64,000 bases of DNA, taken from positions 13,826,001 to 13,890,000 of the forward strand of contig NC_047027.1 in assembly GCF_902652985.1 (NCBI RefSeq), written 5' to 3'. Source of the stretch: Pecten maximus (lineage: Eukaryota). Shown here in pieces: positions 53,666-64,000 of this stretch (the first letter of the stretch is position 1; each line of letters opens with the position of its first letter). Below the pieces are notes generated by a model. The model saw only the letters and a list, made by a program, of their open reading frames with translations. It was not told where the DNA came from and did not search any database. Position numbers and translations under genes: made by a program.

Positions 53666-55882
53666 ACTTTTTGGAACTCGCACCTGTAATACAGGAAAAG
53701 TGGTTGAATAATGACATCACGAAAAATGCGTCGAGAAAGTCTGGGCTAAGAACTTATAGATAGCAAATGTTAAATTGATAGCATGGGACATAACATCATA
53801 GTATTATGACAGTATGGAATGGGAAAATGTGAGGACAGTATGTTTTATAATCAGAGATATTTAAAGAAAGGAATAAATGGATTGATGTCAGATAAAAGAG
53901 ATAGAATGGAAGACAGAATGTTAAGAACAGGGTGCTATTGTGAGATAATGTATGATGTAAAAGGAAGGCAGGAAGCTGGATGAAAGAAGAAGTGAGATTG
54001 GCATCATTAAGCATAATTAAAAGGTATGGGTTAGCCTGGGAAACTCTGGACAGAGTAGTGGACAATGGACCACCTAATAGCTGTCCATCTCAGGACGATA
54101 AGCCCACCCATATCATGTAGTTGACCAATAGAAACATCAGTCAGATAATTTGCATCTCAAGTAAATCCTAACTTAAGTAAAACTAAAGGAGAGTTAGAGA
54201 GGAGACAGTACGAACAGTAGAGAGAAACAGTAGCAGAGTAGCAAGACAGTACGAGTAGCAAGAGAGACAGAGGCAAGAGTCAGAAGGGATAACATCAGGA
54301 GTAGGTTGTCATGCTGGTCCAAGATTGAGAGAGTGAAGCGAGAGCTAGAAAGGATAACATCAGTAGATTGTCATACGTGTCCAATATTAAGAGAAGACCA
54401 ATAAAAGCTGGAACTGGAAATATTACTTGAGTACTAATTCCCTTGACCGGACAGACACCAACAAACAACATCAAGCGTCTGGTCACAGTATTATAATGCC
54501 ATCTATACAAAAAGAATGCTACTTTTACAATGATTACATTTGTATTATGTTATTCTGAACGCTGATAATATTAAGAACCCTGTATTTTTCCGATCTCAAG
54601 GTCCTTAAATGACCCTGGATGTTAATTGGACGTTAAACAAAATAAACGAAACCAAACGAAACCGATCTCATGGAGAACTAATCATCTATAAGCTAACTTG
54701 TATCTTCTGCATACGTAATAACTTGTTCCATATTTTATGATAAAGTGTATTCACACCAAAACACTAACAATGAAACGCTTACAAATTCCCTATAAATACT
54801 CGACAGTGTTATATTTCCTTGGTCACATATCCGTCTCTGTGGTCATTATTGGGTAGGGCTAAAGGCTATAAATTCGAGGGCAGTGTGTCACAGCTAATAA
54901 CGAATATTGAAACATATCATAATTGTCCAACGACCTATGGACAGCGCGGAATTGATTCCAAATCCACATTGCTACGAAGGCTTACCGCCGAATACACCCA
55001 GCAGGACACCTCATCCGTAAGACGCTGATATGTCTCGGCAAAGGGACAGAACCCAAAGCCTTCCTCAAAGGAGCGAATGCTCAACTAAAGAGAGAATATA
55101 AAATCTTAACCTTGGTCGCCTCTCATAATCATATAATGGACGATTTTCTTCGTTTAAAAACTTACACATTCTGGTAAAACTTAAAGTCGGTTCCACAAAG
55201 TGGATCCAGTACATCTGGACAAGGCTCGTTCAGTGAGTTGTTACAAAACTCTTCATTTAGGTGGAACTCGTACTCCGATGATATCGTGTTTACTTCCGAC
55301 TGTGTCATTGTTGTGTCCGATTTTGTCGTGGTCATTTCAACGCTTGTTGTGACATCATTCTGACATTTTCCATCATACGCTTTGTTTATTGTAACGTCAT
55401 TGCATCTAGCCTGGACATGGAAACATCTGAAACATATGGCAACGAAATTAGATTACATTTTGGCACATTTAGATTTAAGTACAATTCCATTTTGTATTTG
55501 TATTGTTTGTTTTACGGTTCATCGACAATTACAGTCATTAAGATTAGAAGGACATCCGCTAGAACAAAAAATAAATAAAAGACAATAAAATAACTGTAAC
55601 TAAAATGATAAAAGGTAACAATAATCACTAATATCAACTAGTTGCTTGAACATATTATTTCTTATTGTATATTTCTATTGCTTATAAACAATCAAATATA
55701 AGCGGCGGAGAAATTGTAACGAATCTAACATAACGTTAAAAAAGGTTTCAAAAATTTCGTAGGAATTGATAACAAGATTTTAAGTATCGTTAAAAATATC
55801 CATTCCATTTATTTAACCAATCGCGGACAGAAGACGATATAGAACGTTAACTTGTATGAGAAGAATATAAACCATATCCCCG

Positions 55883-55914
<32 letters not shown>

Positions 55915-58900
55915 ACCCCACCCCACCCCACCCCTCCCCCTTAATGTCTATATACGCTTACTCTTTAGAAAGACCTAGGTTTATAAACCTTTTATTGCAA
56001 GAGTCACTGGCAATTCGGTATTGTATGGTCATATTTTGCACACAATTATCTATTGTGTTAGAATTGCAGTGGTGTTTTATAATGTCGGTGATCTGTGCTG
56101 TTTTAGATATTATGTATACTTACTTGTTTTTGTAAGTGACTCCGTTTGTCCCACACAAAACTTCCTCTCCGTGTACTATATAGTCTGTAGAACAATCTAG
56201 TCCCAGAACGTCACTGCACATCTGTGTGGCGTCTGCAGGCATACCACGTGACACGTGTATGATACCTGTTAAGTAATGAAGATAATCCTGTATAACATAA
56301 ACCTTTTGTTCATGTACGAGCGTAAATAAAATACTTGTTTGTAACCTTGGTTTGATATATAAACACTATTATTTTAAAATCAACCGTAGTCATTCCTAGA
56401 AAAACAGAACAGCTGCAAGATGAAGATACATTCGTCTTTAGTTCTACCATCTATTTCTTTCAGTTAGTGCTGACCGGTGTATATATATATTTCAGTTTTG
56501 TACGATTTTTGTTTCCTGTTGATAACGAACATATTGCTTTAAAAATACTACCCACACACTATCTGTATAATATCATTAAGCAAAAACAGTCATTCTTTAT
56601 GAAAATCTGTTACCTATCTGAAAAAATCCTTTTGTTGCTAAAGAATCATTATATAATTACCGCATTTCTGTAAAAACGGATTTCTATAAGGATCATCTCT
56701 CTAAAGCGGGGAATAACACTCGTTAATTAAGACCGTTTGATGTCGTCAATTAAGCAGAACATGCTTACCCTTTCGAAACATGTGGTCTTATTTTCTTGCA
56801 TTTTTGGGGGGTATTCGTGAAGATTTATAGTCTGTTCTTATATTGCTCTATTGTTTTCAATTTTGAATTAGAATTAACAATCGTTTCACGTCAGCATTAT
56901 CTGTTTTGCTGGGATAGACCTCTAAGTAAGACATCATCACTTAGACAGCTATACCGATGAAGCTATTTTAACGGTCGTATATCGATCAATAGAATTATAT
57001 CGTAATGATACATCAGTTGTAACTCTACCTGTGCTGGAGCGTGGATACTCACTGCATGTTGTAAGAGGCGACTTAAAGTGGGCCTCCTGAAAATGTTTCT
57101 ATTAAGAGAGTGAAGAGACCAAAATGTTCTGCCTCATTGTAACACTTGGTATCTTAAAGCTTTCCTATCTGTCAATGCTTTGTTTCCTTACTCTTGGTGT
57201 CTCCTAGACACCCGTCCGCAGATGACCTTATCTGTGGCGTAGACGTTTAAAAACCAAACAAAAAACGCGATTGTCTACACAAAACTGTCAAGTTCAACGA
57301 CGCAATTTACTTTCATTTGTTAAAATACAAAACAATTTCAGGATATCTATATAGATGTTTGTATCATGTTCTAAAATTTTGTAATGTTTCAAGTAGGATT
57401 TATTTTATTTTGATAGGAACGTGATGTACCTAGAACAAACCAATGAATAACAACTTTGAAAAAAAATCTAGCAGTAGTAAATTTGTTTTCAATTACGAAT
57501 CAACATCAACTGCCTCATATATTTGTTTCGCCCTTCTATAGGACTCGAATAACAAAAAGCAAAGCTTATAGAAACGGAACTATTTTAAATCACAAACACA
57601 CATATATCAAGTTCAACTTGACAAAAGCTATTGAATTTAAGTGATCTACTTTGTAAGGTTGTTCTCTTAAATAAAGTAAGTAAGACATAGTCTAACAAAG
57701 ATATTATGTCACGTGATGCATTATGTAACGTTGCCATACAAGAATTAAGGAGTAAGTTTCTCAATTTACTTTTAGTTACAATCATACAGTTCTCCAATCG
57801 ATATAGTTTGGGATAATATATAGAAGATATTGAATGGTTTCCCTTTTGATATAACATATATTTCACGAGTATGACAGAATATCGATATTTTCACGAATGC
57901 GAAGCGCGAGTGAAAATATCGAAATATTCTGTCATATGAGTGAACTATTTGTTATATTAAACGGAAAACCATTCAATTTTCTTTTTATTGCAATTGTATA
58001 CTTAAAAACAAAATCAAAAACATCTAAAAATTAATCATGCTAAAAAGTGCGTCATCTCTTTGTGACGTTACTCCACGTCAACTTCACGGCGCCATTTTGA
58101 AAGGACTTATCAACGCATGAATAGCTAATGTCAAGTTAGTGTTTTGTCAAAAACTAGTCTGAATATTTCAGAAATACAGCAGAATAACCAAATCATCTAT
58201 CTTCGCTTCGATTGAAAAAAATCGGCAAGTTTCAATGAGTTGAATAAAAAGGTTCGCAAAAACGAAAAACTTATATTTTCACTGCAAAATCATATATTTT
58301 CACTACAAAATCTTATATTTTCACTGCCTATCGCTGCAGTGAAAATAAAAGTTTTATTGGTTTGATAAATTTCTATATTTTACTGGCAAAAATGCAATAA
58401 ATCTTTATAACTATTACTGATTAAAATAACTCGGTAGTTATAGTTCATGTGTTGGTACAGGTAAGCGATGATTTATGATATGGTAACCGCCCTATCTCTA
58501 GTGTTCAAGTACATTAATATACATTCCTGTGTGTCACATCGTAATTCATTCAATAACAACTATTACAAAACCAAGCAAAGGTTATGATCGAATTACATAA
58601 AAACATTCTGCAGATTAGGGTAGAAGTAGTATATAGTAGTGTAAAATCACAGAACCAATATCAACAATCACGTGATAACACAATGATCAACGAACTATTC
58701 GTATAGAGCTTTGTTTGGTTTGATTTTGTTCTACGTAATAGTGTGAAATATCCATTTAAGGATGATCTCCACGAATATAGGGACCAGTGACAGACGTTTT
58801 ATAGTAACGTATCACGCACCATTATACGAAAATGTCACAGTTGGACACTGTAACGTCACACTATTCCTGGTCAAATGACACTGGAATGACCGAAACTGAC

Positions 58901-59730
58901 CTTACCACCCGATTTACAGCTGGATATTTCGCAGAGAGCAACGTTTAAATGTATAGCGTTAATGTATGTTTCGGCCATGAGACAGAACCCAAAGCCACCC
59001 CCTTAAAATAACGAAACTTAACTAAAGGCCAAAACTAAGGCAGTGTCAAGGGAGACGATGGTTTCTTTCTTTCTGTTTTTGTTTTTTTTTTGTTGTTTTT
59101 TAAGAGATAAGAAATATCCCCGATTTAATCATAAATTAGACGTAGCCTGTACATGTTTTCGGTCCTACCTGCAGGACAGCATACAATAACGTCAATAAAA
59201 CAGACAAGGATAAATATAGACGATACAACATGACTGAGATGACATACTAATAATATAGAGGTACATCCAGTCAGACAGCTTGTTACAACAATGAATCGAA
59301 TGACAACTACTGTATTAGTATATCTAATAAGCACAAAAAGAGGAACAAATCTTAACAGCGTTCTAGAAATGATGCCTTAGAAGAATAAAAGTTACATGTC
59401 ACATATATATGGGTAAAGTACAACATGATTTATCAAGGATACCATTAATTATGCATATACTTCAAATCTAAAAGACGAAAAGAGGGTCTCAGACTTTTTA
59501 AGGGTGGTAATAACGTTCAGTATGTACCATTTGAGCATTGTATAAAAATGTACAACGGCCTTTTCCTTTTTTCAATCGACCATGATAATAATAGGTTGTC
59601 GGAGATATAGTACCATTAAGACTATAGCAGAAAAAGCACACAGAAACACGCAGCTAGTTAGAACAGGAAAACACAATACAATAATATACTTACTCGTTAA
59701 AATTACACACATAATCGCACTGTGATCCAT
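53602..59730 (-). CDS. Secreted two-domain Kazal-type protease inhibitor-like protein, paralog B, ~173 aa (not captured by the ORF track)
   Basis: Exons 59730-59694 (MDHSAIMCVILT, donor GTAAGT), 56265-56124 (..MCSDVLGLDCSTDYIVHGEEVLCGTNGVTYKN), 55426-55166 (CFHVQARC..YDGKC, Thr/Ser linker, FCNNSLNEPCPDVLDPLCGTDFKFYQN) and 53683-53602 (CEFQKVKCVDRDLELQPLSNCKEGQR*). Exon 1 is the least certain. Confidence 0.82.
57821..58401. mobile_element. Second hairpin-headed non-autonomous element (Crypton-like architecture), a different family
   Basis: Palindrome of ~160 bp at 57822-57982 centred on GCGAAGCGC, then TTTATTGCA whose reverse complement TGCAATAAA ends the element at 58401. Internal TATATTTTCACT repeated three times. 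Confidence 0.65.
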
Positions 59731-62567
59731 GATGCCGAACTTCCAGTGTACAATTGATAACAATTACTCCCGAAGTGTATAGGATGTTCCGCTTCAGACC
59801 TTGTTTACTTTGTGTCAGAGTAGAGTCTCGACACAAGGAGAACGTCCTGCATTGACACAGTGAAATGTATTGGAGCAATAAATTTTGTTCAGGGCTTCGG
59901 CGTTATTTTGGGACTACTTTCGTGGGTATAGGTCTTGACGGCGAATAGGAATAGAAACACTTCCGATCATGAAGTAGATTATTTAAAAAGTGTTTGAATA
60001 TTTATCGAGAGGATAGCCAATATATAATGCTGCCTTATGTTTCTATTAAAGCGAATGTATCTTCAGTGGGAAACTGGTCAGTACTCGTAAATTAAACAAA
60101 GCTGGCATTGAAAGGACAATAGGATTAGACAAACGTGAAATCGTTCCGTTTTTGTCCAATCTGTCGGTGTTTGCTAGAAAAGTCGACCTCTTCCACGCCA
60201 GTCCGACACTGAAATGTACCCAGGGAGCTGTTTTATACAGGGTAGGATGGAGGGCTGGGCCGTCGACGGGTTTAGATAACCTTACCCTCACCTCCAGGTG
60301 GCGTAAATACTGTGATAGTCGGTGACGTATAACAAGGTGTCAAGCATTTACTTGGTCCAGATTTTCTTGAGTGGTCTGAGGGGTTTATGAGGTCAAGTTT
60401 TCCTGTTTATCGAAATTGTGTTAGCATCTACAACGAAGATGTTGTTTTATGTCTTTTAGGTACGATTCATTTCTACTTGAATATGGCATGTTAATACAAA
60501 GTGTTTCGTGTCTGTATGATCTAACGATGAACTCCTCCTTCTAATCTGCAGTTATGTTAATCAGAGGATAATTACTGAAATGAATCTGTCAGATTAATTG
60601 GTTCATCATATGACTACCTATACACAACCGATAAGCTGAGCGAGATAACATATGCCACCTTATAGAGAACTTGAACATTAAACATAATTGGGGACAAAAT
60701 GGATCGAAATATTACTCTTGCTCTAAAAGTTGAACAAAGAATAGTTATTGACGGGAATAATGATAGGTGTTAACGGTGGGCATGAGAGATGGCAGCAAAT
60801 CGTTGTAACTGCATGACTTAAGGTTGAAATGATCGAGTGATTTCATTGTATGAATGTTTTGTTAGAGGGTGCGTTTTTCTGCACTGATTTCACAGTGAAT
60901 CGTTTACGGTGTAATGCAAATTGCATGATGTACATTGATCTACATGTCCTGTATGTTCATTGCATGCATCTAATGCTCATCATCGGTGTAATCATTTGTA
61001 CCCCATCTTTGTTGTTACATCATTATATTCAGTGAATACACTATTTTTTTCTATAACACGATATATTGTGGACTCGCAAGAGTTCATCAGTCAATCAATA
61101 AATGACCTTTTAACAACAATATACTTTTTGTTGTCTTTAATTTGCGAGTCATCGTTTTGGCAACAAACACGCTTTTTAAAATTAAGATTATGAACATTTC
61201 CTTTGGTTTGGCGCCTTATCATTTGGTTTCTTAATTTAAGGAGAGCCTTCCTGAGTGCGAGACGCATGCGTGTAGTTTAATGCGTGTGATCTGAGAGGCT
61301 GTATTATTTCCATGTTTGCCTTCTTGTGATAGCCCGAAACTATTGTCGACTTTATATAACGTGTATGTTACTTCAAAACATAAGCTCTGTAATGATTGGT
61401 TTTCCGATTAGATGTCTTTATACAGTGAAGATGCAATGAGTATCTGATAGATGGTTAAACCTCACGTAAATCAAGTAATGATAATGTTATTTCATGATTT
61501 CAGTTCCATCGGAAGTTATAAAATTCTCCGAAGGGAAGATATCCTTAAACTAAACTAACGCATATGAAAGAAAACGCTGAAGTACACTTGTTCCATAATG
61601 GGCTATCGAGGAGTTGTTATCTGAAGAGGAAAAACAATGATGTTGAGATTTCTGATAAAGAACTCTTCTATGACGATAATCTGACATAAACAACCAGACA
61701 TCATTGTTACTCTATCATGACTGACGTCAGTTTATATCGATAGCGATATGATATGTTATTGTCGTTCAAAAGTGTTTAATCTTTGAAACAGTGAAGTGAT
61801 AGAGATCTCCTTAACATACAAACAACCATAATCTCGATAGGAATAAAAGAAGTGGCCATATCAACATTGAACTGCGTCATTCCAGCTTTGGCTTAATTCA
61901 ATGATAATCAAATGTAACGGATTGGTATATATATATTATTAATAATAAATATTATTCGATCATACGTCAAAAATATTTCTGGAAAATAAATCTGTCACGG
62001 TCGACCAGTGGTTTACTTTACTTCCTCCCTTTATCTTCTATCTAAATGCAATTGAAGTAACTTCAATTATCAAAAACTTCTGAGTTTATGTTGTTACTTT
62101 TTAATCCCAGCTGTTTCAATTTATTTTGTGTTTTCCGAGATTTACAGGAATTATTTTCATATGAAACATCATTTTGTGACGAAAAGATTGATTCATTGAA
62201 ATTAAGATTTTTGCATGACTAAGGGTTTAAGTTATTCAACTACAGAGTATACCTGCGCGTGGCAGTATATTATTTTCTGAGATCTTAAGCGTGTCATTCA
62301 AGGTAGGCATTTATCAGCAAATAAATATCTGCCACTTGGCAGCGATCTTTAGACCCAATCGAGCCAAATTTATAGCTGTGACTTCATCAGCTGTTTAGAA
62401 AGCGTTATTTATGATATAGGAAATCTATAGGATTATCAATTTATGCGTCATGTCCTAGTAAATGCTATCCTACTGTCCCACGTATTTGATACATTGAAAC
62501 TACATTATAAAATCATCTTACATTTCAGTGCATGACTCCCATTGTTCAACTGAATATATCATAAGGA

Positions 62568-63090
62568 TCAACACGTGGTATATCCGATGACGGGGAAATG
62601 ATGAAGGGGCAACACGTGGTATATACGATGACGGGGAAATGATGAAGGGGCAACACGTGGTATATACGATGACGGGGAAATGATGAAGGGGCAACACGTG
62701 GTATATACGATGACGGGGAAATGATGAAGGGGCAACACGTGGTATATACGATGACGGGGAAATGATGAAGGGCAACATGTGGTATATACGATGACGGAAG
62801 AAATTATGAAGGGGCAACATGTGGTATATACGATGACGGAAGAAATTATGAAGGGGCAACATGTGGTGACGGTAGAAATCATGAAGGGACAACATGTGGT
62901 GACGGTAGAAATCATGAAGGGACAACATGTGGTATATAGGATGACGAAAGAAATGATGAAGGGGCAACATAGGATAGGGGCAACATGTAGTGACGGTAGA
63001 AATTATGATATGTTCCATTATATTGACAGGATAAAAATGAAGGGTATAACATTATACCACGTGTGACGACGGGGGAAAACAATGAAGGAT
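62568..63090. repeat. ~41-bp minisatellite (ACACGTGGTATATACGATGACGGGGAAATGATGAAGGGGCA), degenerating to the right
   Basis: Directly visible. It explains the repetitive ORFs at 62518-63223. Confidence 0.92.
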
Positions 63091-63796
63091 GCCGCGTGTT
63101 GTGACGGGAGAAGAACTGGAGGATGTCACATGTGATGATTGAAACAAAATGAAGGATACTAGATATGTGGATGTCAGAAAAAGTGCAGCTGTTGATGTAG
63201 ATATCTGAAATAATGAAATACAAAAATAAAATCTGCCATATTTAGCTGTTGTTATATTAATGATTTTTGAGATTTTATAAGAAAGAAAGGGGAAATTTGT
63301 TTATGTATCCGACACATCCTGGCTGAAATGACCTTGCGTTTTTTACCATGATCCGGATAATCGTACCTCAAATACTAAGTGATTTATACTTTTCTATGCT
63401 TCAGTTTCGTGTAAATAAATTGTTACCTTTTATACAATGACCGTTCCGGATTTACTGAGGTGTTCTGGTGTGAGATCAATCGTTACAAACAATTCATATA
63501 CTGAATTATTTAACAAAGAAAATAAATCAAATACATTTAAAAAAAAAATTTAACCCATGCAGGAGTGGGGAAAGAATACAAGTCATTGTATGTTGTAAGA
63601 GGCGACTAATTGTGGATCCTCTGTGGATCCGGGATTTTTATTGGAGATCTGCTGTCCGCTTTGTAACACTAGAATTTAGTATGCTCCTTTCTCTCTTCTC
63701 TTTCTTTTTGGCCTTTGTTGATCTTTTGGTGTATCTTGGATGCTGTGAGGACACTAAATATAGTAAAATGAAAAAAAGAAAACATAACGTGATGTG

Positions 63797-64000
63797 TACG
63801 AGGGGTGATTGATATGTTGTGAGCTTCGTATTGAAGGAGGTACTCAAGGATGTTCTTTTTAAGTCCCACTTTTCTCTGACTATATAGGGCCGTGTACCCA
63901 TCGACTAGTCTCGTTAAGTTAGTTTATATCGACGAGGTAGCACTCTAAAGTAAACAAGACAAGCGGCTCTTGCAAAATGGATAACATCGGTTAGGGTTAG
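63797..64000 (+). mobile_element. Left end of a mariner element related to 9452-10119
   Basis: TA-CGAGGGGTGATTGATATGTTGTGAGCTTCGTATTGA matches the reverse complement of the end at 10082-10119. A possible transposase start ATGGATAACATC lies at ~63977. Confidence 0.75.

Noticed and set aside
53780-54770. Solo LTR in the last intron of Kazal B
   Set aside because: Purine-rich and ends in ...TAACA, but I found no matching TG start with a target-site duplication.
56385-56431. Alternative first exon of Kazal B (MYLHLAAVLFF)
   Set aside because: In-frame TAG and no phase-compatible GT donor. Exon 59730-59694 fits better.
59700-59800. C-type-lectin-like peptide HFGSNCYQLYTGSSASW on the minus strand
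   Set aside because: Bounded by stops with no good acceptor. The region is better explained as the 5' UTR and exon 1 of Kazal B in another frame.
60046-60480. GC-richer stretch with an 81-aa ORF
   Set aside because: No recognisable motif or consistent splice sites in any frame.

Overview
AT-rich, intron-rich eukaryotic DNA. The gene and repeat content suggests a bivalve mollusc (inference). Five spliced genes were rebuilt by hand, all with GT-AG sites and consistent phases. Two are tandem minus-strand paralogs encoding single-pass membrane proteins with an IgGFc-binding (FCGBP N-terminal-like) ectodomain (3825-11081, 20120-25126). One is a plus-strand 9-exon gene for a secreted ~815 aa protein: an unnamed lysozyme-like N-terminal domain with Gln at the putative catalytic Glu, a VWA domain, a beta-sandwich-like linker and four 4-Cys chitin-binding type-2-like modules (32843-42824). 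Two are tandem minus-strand secreted double-Kazal inhibitor paralogs (45831-51090, 53602-59730). The rest is repeats: 23-bp and 34-bp satellites with higher-order duplications, a 41-bp minisatellite, mariner remnants, a 5'-truncated L1/Tx1 LINE with poly(A) and TSD, a V-SINE, many copies of a SINE-like family with a possibly pseudoknotted head, hairpin-headed Crypton-like elements and pearl/HINE-like elements. Family assignments come from motif recognition; no searches were run.
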